Shown here: piece after piece, positions 8,901 to 17,900 of the stretch
How positions within the stretch are numbered: the first letter of the stretch is position 1
How the letters are laid out: every line of letters begins with the position of its first letter
Virus record (IMG/VR): IMGVR_UViG_3300036760_000522
Span: 62,001 to 126,000 of that record
Direction: 5' to 3' (one strand)
DNA length: 64,000 nucleotides
The notes under the pieces: generated by a model
Seen by the model: only the letters and a program-made list of their open reading frames with translations
What the model was told of the DNA's origin: nothing
The model's database searches: none
Program-made: the position numbers and the translations under genes

Positions 8901-10231
8901 CGGTTTCGAGCAACAACGCGGCAGGTTCCGGAGGTACTGGCGTTCCTGGTCAGACCTACACGGACGAAGTGACAGGACTACGACTCACAGTCTTGCCAGC
9001 TACATCTGGTAGCTACACACCTGGCGGCTCCTTCACGTTGGAAGTCAGCCCGACGTGGAAGGTCAATCCTGCTGTTCCGTACCTCTCCATTCCCGGTATC
9101 GAGACCGTTGTGACGGATACTGTAGGGGTCGGAGTCAACGACACAGCTACGGTCCAGACCTTCAATCCAAGCGGTCTCGAGCCCGCGATTGGGGACTTTT
9201 ACTATGTCTCCTATCGCTTCATGAAGCAGGACTTTTCGACGAGACTCTTTCAGCAATTCAAGACGATCGAGGCCAACTTCGGGCGGTTGTCACCAGAGAA
9301 TCGCGTCACACTTGGGGCCTTCCTCATGATCTTGAATGGAGCTGTTCTGGTAGCCATCAAGCAAGTCTTGAAGGTCCCCAACACGGCTCAAGCTTCAGAC
9401 CTCAGCTTCATCGAGGCTATTGGAGAACTTGCGACGCCTCTTCCTGGGAACGTCAAGCCTGACATTCTGGTGCCCTTGTCGGCCAGTACGTCGGTCTACA
9501 GCGCTTTGATGCAGCACTGTGAGGTCCAGAGCAACATCCGAAATCAAAACGAACGGATGGGCTTCATAGGGGTCGCATCGGGTACGTCACCGATCTCGGC
9601 CCAAACGATCGCCAAGAGCCTGCTTTCGAGTCGGATCCTGCTTTTCTACCCAGACTCAGCAGTCATCACTCTCTCCAACGAACTCGGTGAGAGCTTCGAG
9701 ACTCTGGTCGACGGTACCAACTTCGCAGCGGCAGTAGCAGGTGCAGGGGTCAGTCCCAGTGTCGACGTAGCAACTCCGTACACCCGTCGACGAATCCAAG
9801 GCTTTACCAGGATCCCAAGAATTCTTGATCCTGTGGAAGCCAACCAAACGGCTGTGGCAGGCGTCACCATCCTGGAAGATCTAGATCCCTTGGTCAGAAT
9901 CCGCCAGGGCCTCACAACCGACATGAGCACGATTCTGAGCCGGTTGCCGACCGTGACTCAGATTGCGGACCACACACATCAACAGTCTCGTGGGACACTC
10001 GACGCATTCATTGGGACGAAGTTCTTGGCGGCTCGAACCAACGAAGTCGAAGTTGCCATGACTGCGTTGTTCAAGCAGTTGGTTCAGGCGGAAATCGTCG
10101 GAGCCTTCACAGGTATCACGGCAAATGTTGACGCTGACGATCCTACAATTCTCAGGTTCGAGTGCTTCTACGCACCGGTGTTCCCACTTTTGTACATCGT
10201 CATGACCTTCAACCTCCGAGCGAGGATCTAA
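5966..10231 (+). CDS. Contractile tail sheath protein (1421 aa)
   Basis: N-terminal YVPPGVY, C-terminal sheath domain ending YAPVFPLLYIVMTFNL. RBS GAGGT precedes ATG 5966. Confidence 0.9.
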   Translation: MSIGPFSTYVPPGVYTRTLTEANAANLVAGLRIPAEIGVGQEELEQLDLELVRGSSSNLDQQIINEDVSTRFVVDETNPNNPVLGSPNGLVAKFKVRNYPIVDGQGFGKTTNSVRSVTVTINGTPVAVGAVQGTPGYVTLQVPPQTGDNIRCTYYFHRSDTSFQDDVSEQVTAELAELTSPGYASFIIVTGTTDTFVIEVDGVSLTLLFAAGTYTATGLKSVIDSYLVSGLATAVYVDGQGRSHLKFSAARSVKIGSGNANGALGFATNTQTNRNAIFRVFQRPIVDGTDGGITTTDPTKVVVTVNNVQVVATAVDGSNGLVTLPYAPANGSTVRIQYFANTWQDTFDYLPNTLVTSVIRSGFAPGRNDYIENQDFVISNPSPDVSIMHWGASFDVASTLRSAGATLLNEVQILPTLVDDRIYLAEAEHFVDTTVVPAVASSTVFLLPDVPTTGNGRDTPLSSATFGAVTNGRIGLNTNRPDLVIVYTGRDLQDALGRGAVAVVEVDGTTRNITLKDPVPPDHIAFCTFWYNRLRDDTYILTNKVAGPIGTGQFEVLSTLTGLNVLQVRFGIKTGLPETVQWPRGVEQISDAFHTGAGAPVAETVTVLFGTSLAKNAVFTNEGAAPYSFFTTYSNNWRTTINGTSLVTNLGTSARGFLVSSRVPVSGLNQISIPVSPNNVLELTIDGTDVTVAVTAGLRTPAQIVTDINAAIDAAAAFIGTAPNVLASFVQIGGSGGDAVFIVQSYSAPAALPGGFDHASVISVRQGTVEAVLGYDTFQTASGTPTATNKPATLLGTVAGPFTITADVDDELIIRVDGIDYTITLPAGAAVTAAAVVASIAALPGLTSVPSVGTLANLNKIRLTSTLTDPSSGIQILSGTANAILGFTEGDIASQTLVTAIEVIDRLNSTVGFLTDGFAYVGEIDGQEYVTIESLTTGATTSSVAFADGTASAFNVSTGTQIVPGTSGDNGESSYGNFTVSSNNAAGSGGTGVPGQTYTDEVTGLRLTVLPATSGSYTPGGSFTLEVSPTWKVNPAVPYLSIPGIETVVTDTVGVGVNDTATVQTFNPSGLEPAIGDFYYVSYRFMKQDFSTRLFQQFKTIEANFGRLSPENRVTLGAFLMILNGAVLVAIKQVLKVPNTAQASDLSFIEAIGELATPLPGNVKPDILVPLSASTSVYSALMQHCEVQSNIRNQNERMGFIGVASGTSPISAQTIAKSLLSSRILLFYPDSAVITLSNELGESFETLVDGTNFAAAVAGAGVSPSVDVATPYTRRRIQGFTRIPRILDPVEANQTAVAGVTILEDLDPLVRIRQGLTTDMSTILSRLPTVTQIADHTHQQSRGTLDAFIGTKFLAARTNEVEVAMTALFKQLVQAEIVGAFTGITANVDADDPTILRFECFYAPVFPLLYIVMTFNLRARI

Positions 10232-10266
10232 CCTCGCGAATCTTTTCCTGAAAGGCACAAAAGTAC

Positions 10267-10635
10267 ATGACGTCTATTCAAACCGCTCTGGGAGAGTTCG
10301 TACGAGTCGCCAAGACCTTTCCAACAAATAAAGCGCTCAGGGACTACCTCAGCGAGCATCCAAATGCAGATGCTAACGCACACAAAGTTGTTCGCAGCCC
10401 CGGCCGACTTGACAGAATCAAAGACCCACATGACCGGGCAGAGGCTTGGCTGGAGAAGCAAAGGGAACAGAGAAAAGAGGAGTCCAAGGCTAAGCGCAAG
10501 GAGAAGAAACTTAAGAAGGACGAGGATGCCAAGGCAAACCCCGAGCCGTCCAAGAAGGAGGCCTCGACACTCAAATCAGCCTTAGACGCCTTTCAACACG
10601 TTGTTACTAAGCAAGCGTTGAGGCCCCTCCCGTGA
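10267..10635 (+). CDS. Small charged protein, putative internal head protein
   Basis: FPTNKALRDYLSEHPNADANAHKV module shared with 11806-12663; K/E-rich tail. Confidence 0.6.
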   Translation: MTSIQTALGEFVRVAKTFPTNKALRDYLSEHPNADANAHKVVRSPGRLDRIKDPHDRAEAWLEKQREQRKEESKAKRKEKKLKKDEDAKANPEPSKKEASTLKSALDAFQHVVTKQALRPLP

Positions 10636-11087
10636 ACAACATAGAGACCTCGACAGCACGGATTGTCCGGCGCTTTCTCGTTTTAGCTAGCCGCACGGAC
10701 TCCGGTGACCACAGTCCTGATCCCTACACGTATCGGGCTTTCTTGTCGGAGTTCGAGAAAGGTGAAGAGACAGGCTTAGAGCAGGGCGAAAGCATGATGC
10801 ACCAGGGCAAGGCTCGTGATGTAGACGTCGACATCGACAGTTGCGGCACCATCGTCAGCCAAACAGTTTGGGACCTCATGGAGATGGCCAAGCGCATGAA
10901 CGCGATTACGTCGCGAGGTCAGGTCATGGGTGTCAACGAAAGACGTCTGTCCGCCAAGATGAGTGGGATCCTCTCCACGTTGTTTTACTTCACAGGTCGA
11001 CAGAAGGGTCTCACGAAAGCCTTGAAGGAGACTGCCTATTCACCGACCCTGCCGAGTGCCCCGGAAGCACCTCGTGCTCGCGTTTGA
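10632..11087 (+). CDS. Hypothetical protein with N-terminal STARIVRRF motif
   Basis: GTGA overlap with the upstream gene; motif shared with neighbours. Confidence 0.6.
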   Translation: MNNIETSTARIVRRFLVLASRTDSGDHSPDPYTYRAFLSEFEKGEETGLEQGESMMHQGKARDVDVDIDSCGTIVSQTVWDLMEMAKRMNAITSRGQVMGVNERRLSAKMSGILSTLFYFTGRQKGLTKALKETAYSPTLPSAPEAPRARV

Positions 11088-11107
11088 CCGAAAAGGGACC
11101 TTTCCAA

Positions 11108-11809
11108 ATGAGTCAAGAGTCTGTCCAACGAATTGTAGACCGTGTGGTGGCTGCACGCATTGTGACAGCGCTCAAAGATCCAAATATTGTGTCCTTGAAC
11201 AGGGCACTGAAGACTATTCGAGCTGAGTCAGTCAAGTACTTGAACGACAAGATCAACAATCTGATCTGGAATGCAGGAAGCGTCTACGACTACATCGGTC
11301 GAGGATCACAATTTCGCGTTTTCGGCAGGACGTCGCCCGAGGCTAGCCCAGACTCGGCCACCCTTGAAGTCACCATCGTGTACATCAATCGTGATGCTCC
11401 AGATGACGCCCCCGTTCTCTACGAAGGGTCTGTAAGCGTTTACGGCAAAAATCAACGACAACTTGACGGGTCTCGAGTCGAAAAGGTATCGCTCGAAGAC
11501 TTGAAGAAGAATGCTGGAAAGATCTTGTTCGGCGATGTGATCAAGACGGTCAAAGACCACCTTGAAGGTTCTCTGGAGCGCGAGCTTGATCAAATCCGAG
11601 ACTACGCGTCAGAAGCTGAAACCGCGGCAATGCACGCAGACGAGCACTTGTCCGCGCTCAGGAAGCTGCTCGACAAGACCAAGAGTTTGGATACTGATGC
11701 CGGCGCGATCGCTAGACACGCTTCGGAAGCCTCAGGTTTCTTTAGGGACGCTGAAAGTGAAATGCGATACGTTGCTGATCTGATTCAGAAGATCCAAGCC
11801 ACTCGGTGA
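11108..11809 (+). CDS. Hypothetical protein with N-terminal SVQRIVDR motif
   Basis: ATG at 11108; helical C-terminus. Confidence 0.6.
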   Translation: MSQESVQRIVDRVVAARIVTALKDPNIVSLNRALKTIRAESVKYLNDKINNLIWNAGSVYDYIGRGSQFRVFGRTSPEASPDSATLEVTIVYINRDAPDDAPVLYEGSVSVYGKNQRQLDGSRVEKVSLEDLKKNAGKILFGDVIKTVKDHLEGSLERELDQIRDYASEAETAAMHADEHLSALRKLLDKTKSLDTDAGAIARHASEASGFFRDAESEMRYVADLIQKIQATR

Positions 11810-12663
11810 AGTACTTGGACGCTGATCTACTCCCGTCAGTTTATCAGTTCGAACGTGTGCTTCACCGTGAGAGTGTTCGACGTGTCGCTCGTCGATACGC
11901 AACGGAGTTTCCTTCTGAGTCCGCCAGGAAGCAGTACCTGAAGGAACATCCGAAAGCGGATCCCCACAAGCACACCGTCGCTCCTGAGAGTCGAGAGAAG
12001 CCAACATCAGAGGAAGGCGACAAGCCTGAGGAAGGCAAGAAACAAGAGAAGCCGAAAGGAAAGCCGAAGACCTTCCTCAAAGGCTTGGCCGAGAAAACCA
12101 AATCGTACTTGAGTGAGGCTTCGGAGGCGGTACAGAAATTTGTCTCGGATGGAGAGCACCGGTCCAAACTGCTGAGTGAAGCAGGAAAGTCTGTTCTCAA
12201 ATCGCCCAAAACTTACGCGAAGAGACTCGTAGAAACAGCCAAACACGAGGTGCACGAATTCAAGGAGGCTGGGGAGGCGCTTGCACATTTGGCGAAAGGC
12301 AAGAAACTTGATCCTGCACAAAAGAAGGTCTTGAAAACCGTTGCCATTCACATGGGGATCGCGGTTGCCGCAGCGGCTTTAACGTCAACAGGTGTTTTTG
12401 CAGGTGCTGCTGTATTCAGCAAAGGCCTGGCACAAAAGATCGCTCTCAAAGCCGCATTGAGGGCACTTGAGAACGTGCATCTACTACAAGAAATACACCA
12501 CATCGGCCACGGTGCCATGCATCTCCTGGCATCTGAGGAGGAAGAGGCCAGCCCTGAAGAAGCTTTCGCGGCTTTGGTGATGCAAAGCGTGTCCAAAGAA
12601 CTGGACGATCTGAGCGGCGACGACTTGTCCAAATACCTAGACGAGCTAGCTGACGACGCCTAG
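11806..12663 (+). CDS. Hypothetical protein with SVRRVARRY motif, FPS..YL.EHP.AD module and a hydrophobic segment
   Basis: Alternative GTG start at 11857 lies 12 nt after TTTAT. Hydrophobic AIHMGIAVAAAALTSTGVFAGAAVF stretch. Confidence 0.6.
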   Translation: MKYLDADLLPSVYQFERVLHRESVRRVARRYATEFPSESARKQYLKEHPKADPHKHTVAPESREKPTSEEGDKPEEGKKQEKPKGKPKTFLKGLAEKTKSYLSEASEAVQKFVSDGEHRSKLLSEAGKSVLKSPKTYAKRLVETAKHEVHEFKEAGEALAHLAKGKKLDPAQKKVLKTVAIHMGIAVAAAALTSTGVFAGAAVFSKGLAQKIALKAALRALENVHLLQEIHHIGHGAMHLLASEEEEASPEEAFAALVMQSVSKELDDLSGDDLSKYLDELADDA

Positions 12664-12936
12664 AACATCGTCCTCTTTCAAGATGATCAGGTCTTGTCCG
12701 TCGAGCTTCACTTCCGTGCCGGCGTATTTCGAGAAGAGTACAAGATCGCCTTGTTTTACTTCGAGCGGACGTACTCGTCCGTCTTCTAGGACCTTGCCAC
12801 TCCCTACTGCAAGGACGTCCCCCTCAGACGACTTCTGTTTGGCACTGTCTGGAATGATGATCCCTCCTTCAGACATGGTCTTCTCTTCGATGCGACGAAC
12901 AACTAGGCGGTCGTAAAGTGGCTTGATCGTAGTCAT
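12646..12936 (-). CDS. groES: Co-chaperonin GroES
   Basis: IKPLYDRLVV...GGIIIPDSAK...AVGSG...VKQGDLVLFSKYAGTEVK; full-length Cpn10. Confidence 0.97.
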   Translation of the reverse strand: MTTIKPLYDRLVVRRIEEKTMSEGGIIIPDSAKQKSSEGDVLAVGSGKVLEDGRVRPLEVKQGDLVLFSKYAGTEVKLDGQDLIILKEDDVLGVVS

Positions 12937-13019
12937 ACTCGTCCTCTAATTAACAAGCTGGCACACGTCAAGGGACCGTCTACCTTTACGCCGGTGTCGT
13001 GGTTGTGTAGAGAGCTTGG

Positions 13020-13502
13020 ATGTACGGCGACGCAGTAGAGGAGCTCCAAATCCGGCTGGTCGGCAAGACTGTCGCTAGTGTGGTGAAGTCCAGACGAGCA
13101 GAAACTGTGTGCCTCATCACGACCACCGATGGGGCTCGCTTTCATCTCCATGCGACCGAACTCGGCTCGTGGGTCGAAGACGATGTCGACACCACGGACG
13201 TGTTCACTGATTTGAATTTGTTTTGTACGTGGGTTGGGGAAAACGTGTCATTATCCGACGCGGTTGTCGTGACACGCGAAGCCACAAAGCTGTCTCTCAC
13301 AGTTAGAGGCAAGACGTTTGTGATTGACGCGGCCCTAGTTGCTGACCCTTGGGAGAGATCGGTGCTCTTGCACGAACAAGCGCCATTGTTCCTTGGGCAA
13401 GTTGTCGCTCTTGGGGACTGCTGGCGCATGTGGTTCCGCAAAAAATCAAACCTCGTGGGCGTAGAGGCCACAATCCCTGAGGAACTGAAATTTGATGATT
13501 GA
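13020..13502 (+). CDS. Hypothetical protein
   Basis: 160-aa ORF filling the gap, divergent from groES. Confidence 0.55.
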   Translation: MYGDAVEELQIRLVGKTVASVVKSRRAETVCLITTTDGARFHLHATELGSWVEDDVDTTDVFTDLNLFCTWVGENVSLSDAVVVTREATKLSLTVRGKTFVIDAALVADPWERSVLLHEQAPLFLGQVVALGDCWRMWFRKKSNLVGVEATIPEELKFDD

Positions 13503-13554
13503 CGGGGTCCGTGCTAGTCATCGCTGATTCATTTTTCGACACAGTAGTGCTAGG

Positions 13555-13821
13555 ATGGCTACCTCAGCACAACGGATCGTCACACGGTACAAAGCGGCCA
13601 GATCGTCACCTGCTGGCGTCGGTACAGACCTTTTGACTGTAGCCGTGCGGCAAGTCGACGACGCGTACCGCGCTACCCTCAAGTACGTGATCCGGGATCA
13701 GAATCCAGAAGCGTATTTCGACTCGATCAGCTACCTTCTGGAAGGCCAGATCAAAAAGTACCGACATTGGGTCGACGAATTGAGACGTCTCGAATTTCCT
13801 CTCTCGCAAAGGGGTCGTTGA
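13555..13821 (+). CDS. Small protein with N-terminal SAQRIVTRY motif
   Basis: Motif shared with neighbours. Confidence 0.6.
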   Translation: MATSAQRIVTRYKAARSSPAGVGTDLLTVAVRQVDDAYRATLKYVIRDQNPEAYFDSISYLLEGQIKKYRHWVDELRRLEFPLSQRGR

Positions 13822-14999
13822 AATTGGAAGCCTCAGCTGCTCGCGTTGCAAGCATGTACCGTCGAGGACGTCGCGATCTCAACTACGAGACTGCCAAAGA
13901 GGTCTTGGGCTTCCCTCCGGGTTCGAGTCCGACTGACGACGAAATTCGCCACGTACAGCGCGTAAAAATCGTCGAGCTTGGACACGATAGAGGAGGGGAT
14001 ATTGACGCTATCAAAGAAGTTAATGCTGCGGCAGAGATTCTTCTTGGCAAGTTAAAGCCAGACAGAGGTCCTGACGACATTGCGGAGCCGTACGTGCCTC
14101 GAGGTGGGCCACCACCTCCTGAAGAAAAACCGATCATCATCACCTTCCAGGAAGCTCTCGCCAAAATCAGTCTCCCGTCGTCAGTCACTTGGAAGTTCGT
14201 GACTGACAAGGCTCGCGGTCGGGGTTGGGCATCAGATGAGTCGGAATCAAGACACGTGGGCTACGTAGCCGTGGGGGAGACGCCAAATTTTTGGGTCTTT
14301 GTCGCGGTCGAGGAGCGTTCGTACCAAGCTTTCTTCGTCGGAGGTGGACCCAAGACACACGTCTTCCGGATGAAGGTCTACGAGCAACCAAATAAGGGAA
14401 CGCCAACGCCAGCTTTCTTGTACGGCGGCGTCATGAAGGCTTGGAAGTTTTTCGAGAAGCTCGACAAGCGCTTCAATTCCAAGATCCATCCTCTAGCTGA
14501 GGACTGGACCTTTCTAGATTTCGCGAAACGTTTTCCGCTGAGCCGAGCAACGACGATCAAAAACTGGCTCGTCGACACCGGTGTCGTCGAAGAAGCGACG
14601 CTTGCCAAACCACGCAAGATCAAGGTTGAGATCAAATACGTCAGATTACCTTCACACATGATGCCACCTGACGCGCCTCGCTCAGCAGAGGACCATTTCG
14701 TTTTGATCGTCAACGGCAAAGAGGATAATCTCTCTCCGAAAGATGATGAGGCTCTCTCCAAACTACGGATCGGCGGAAAGCGCTTTGCGGAACGGGTCTT
14801 CGGCGAATACCACTACGGTGGCGAGATTCGAGACTTGACACGCAATCGTGACGGGAAGACCATCATGAGCTGGATGGCAGAACATTTGATCCACCTACCA
14901 GAGTTCTTCAAGAACAGCCTTCTGACTGCTTCGGGCGGTAAGACCGCGACCGAGCGTGTCGCTGAACGTTTCAGGGGATCTTATGTCCACAGCCACTGA
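13818..14999 (+). CDS. Protein with a degenerate J-domain and motif copies at both ends
   Basis: AKEVLG...PTDDEIR...GHDRGGD...VNAAAEIL resembles a DnaJ J-domain (HPD replaced by GHD). TTG start overlaps the upstream stop. Confidence 0.6.
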   Translation: MKLEASAARVASMYRRGRRDLNYETAKEVLGFPPGSSPTDDEIRHVQRVKIVELGHDRGGDIDAIKEVNAAAEILLGKLKPDRGPDDIAEPYVPRGGPPPPEEKPIIITFQEALAKISLPSSVTWKFVTDKARGRGWASDESESRHVGYVAVGETPNFWVFVAVEERSYQAFFVGGGPKTHVFRMKVYEQPNKGTPTPAFLYGGVMKAWKFFEKLDKRFNSKIHPLAEDWTFLDFAKRFPLSRATTIKNWLVDTGVVEEATLAKPRKIKVEIKYVRLPSHMMPPDAPRSAEDHFVLIVNGKEDNLSPKDDEALSKLRIGGKRFAERVFGEYHYGGEIRDLTRNRDGKTIMSWMAEHLIHLPEFFKNSLLTASGGKTATERVAERFRGSYVHSH

Positions 15000-17900
15000 T
15001 GTGATGAGAGTCTTTCATTCTTCGGAAGACGAAGATGAAGTGGTTGGCGAATTCCAAGTCGCTGAGTACATCATTTTCCTGCTCGCCCTCGACACGTACA
15101 TGAGGTACGCTGAGGAATCTTCAGGAGTTGATGACATCGAAGACGCGATTATTCGACGAGGCTTGCAAATTCTGCGTCGGGCCGAAGCCGATCTCGAGAA
15201 CTATGGAAGCTTTCTAGAAGAGCATTTGTCGACTCCCGTCCAGAAACAAATGCTCAAGAGGGCTTTGTCGTTCAAGTCGTTCACCCCTAACGGCATGGCG
15301 CGTCGAGCATTGCAATTTCGGACCTTGCTATCCAGAGGCGGGGCACAAACAGTTCGAGCCGTTTTCGAATCCAACAAATACATCCGGCAGATGCGTGAAG
15401 CGATCGCAGCTTCGATGATGGAGGACGCGGACAAGGCTCTAGACATTTTTGCTGCAATGCCTCTCCGTAATTCACGGTTTCGTGTTTGGGTCGATGAGAG
15501 CGCAAAGCAAGCGGGCTCTGGTGAAAGCGCACCACAACCTGTTGAGGCAGCTTCGAACGAATCGTCGAGCGAAATCCGACAAGAGCTTCTGGTACAACAA
15601 GTCCAAAGCACAGTTGCCGTGGGAGCTGAAGCTGCTCGAGACGCCAAGGACTCACGATCAGCGCTCCTCGAGCAAACCGAGAATGAGGCGAGAGAAGCCG
15701 CCAAGCGGAGCATTGAGGTCAACCAACAGCGTGACGAGCCACTGACAAGATCCGAAGTCGTCGGTGTTGCAGCAGCGGCTGCTATGGCCGCAACAACTGA
15801 TCCGTCGAATCCTCAAAACATACCTGAGTCATTGAGGGCTCTTGACGACGAGCAACGAGCTGCTGCTCTGACCAACGGTCGCGTAGTTGTTGCAGCAGGA
15901 GCCGGCGCGGGAAAAAGTTTTACCTTGGTTCAGCGCGTCACCTACCTTGTGAAGGAACAGCGCGTAGGTCCTAGTCGGATTCTCGTAACGACCTTCAACA
16001 ACAAAGCCGCTGAAGAGTTGAAGGAGAAGATCGGGAAATCCCTTGGTGGACAGGTACTGCAACAAATGTCAGTCGGCACCATGCACTCGCTCTTCAGTCG
16101 GTTCATCTCAGAGCACGGGACACCTGAAGAACGCCAAGCAATGCAGGCTCCCAGGTTCATGCGTGACGGCCTCTCCATCGCAGGGGCCGTCCAAAGGATG
16201 TGGAGCGACTGCTACGGCACAAAGCGACCAACGCCACGCATGAGGACGATGTTGGCCTACAAGTCTCAGTGGTCAGGCAACGGCATCACGCCAGCGGAAG
16301 CTTTGGCCACGGTGCCGCCGAGAAAAGAAGCACAAGACGCCGCGACTTGGTACACCATGTACGAGGGGCTCAAAGGGACACTGCCCGACTGGAGGCCTCC
16401 TTGTCAGTCGAATTCCTATACAAGGTTCATGTCACAGAACCGAGGCGATGGAAGTCGACTCGGAGACTTCTCCGACATGCTCCTCATCTTCCGTGACATT
16501 TTGAAGCGATCGCCTGTCGTACAGTCTGCCGTACAAAAGATGTTTGACCACGTGATCGTGGATGAAGCACAGGACCGAAATACCATCATGGCTGAGATCA
16601 TTGAAATGATCTCAGGACACATCAACGAAGATTCACAAGATAAATCTCTGTGGATTGTTGGAGATGACAAGCAGTGTGTACACGTAGACACATTGGTAGA
16701 CGTTCCTGGGAATCGCAGAGTCAGAGCAGGTGGCTTGAGAGTTGGGGCACAGGTATTGTCTTACCGTAACAGCAAGGTCACACCCCAAATTGTCGAATCT
16801 GTAACGAAGTCAGACTGGGCTTACGGATTCAAGGTGGTTACGGCTTCAGGTAGGTCTCTGACGATGTCCCCCAATCACAGGATTTGGGCAAGCGAGATCA
16901 ATCCTGAGATCGAAGACCGTATTGTGTACTTGATGCACAGGCCCAATTTAGGCTTCCGTGTGGGGGTCACAACTAACGGGAGGACCAAGAAAGGCAGACG
17001 GAGCATTCGCAGTCGAATGGCGATGGAGAATGCCGACAAGTTGTGGATCCTGAAGTTGTGCGGGGACTACGAAGAAGCCCTCCTTGAGGAGAGTTCTTAT
17101 TCGTTGACCTACGGGATCCCGACTGTTGTATTCAACGGCGTGTGGCGAGACCTGAACCAGGACCGCTTAGATGAAGTTTTCCGGAGATTTGGCAAGAATG
17201 GTATGAAATTGTTGGAAGCATCCAACTTGGATTTCGACCACCCGCATGTGACGGCCTACGCCTCGGGTAACGGTCGCGTAGCACGACGTGTCATTCAGAT
17301 GTTGGCACACCACTCTAAGGGCACTTTGGTATCCTTAGAGTGGACGGGAGATGACTTGGATTCTCCTCTCAAAGCCGCGCAGGTGATTTTTCAAAGCACA
17401 GGTCCTCGACGGAGATTGCGCAAACACTGTAACAGCTATCGGGATGCCATTTCCTTTGCAACAACTTTGAAAGGTCTGACAGGAGCTATCATCAACCGTC
17501 GTCTGTCTCGGCATGAGTTGGAGGAGCCCTACCAATTGATCCCTGCTGCCGGGCTATTTCCTGGCATGCGACTAGTGGTTCTAGAAGGGGAGGATGCTGT
17601 GGATTCTGAAGAGATCACTTCTATCGACAGAGTGGAGGGCTCTTTCGTTGACCTGAGTGTCGATGATGCCTCAAACTTTTTCGGTAATGGGATCCTCAGC
17701 CACAACAGCATCAATGCATTCCAAGGTGCACGTGCTGAGTTGTTCACCTCATTGTGGGATCAACCTGGGTGGAAGACTAGAGCCATCACAACCAACTACC
17801 GATGTGAGCCTGAAATCGTTGACGCAGCGAACGCTTTGATCGCAAACAATGAAGATCAGATTCCGATGGAGGCTAGGGCCGATCCCCGCAAAGTTCGCGG

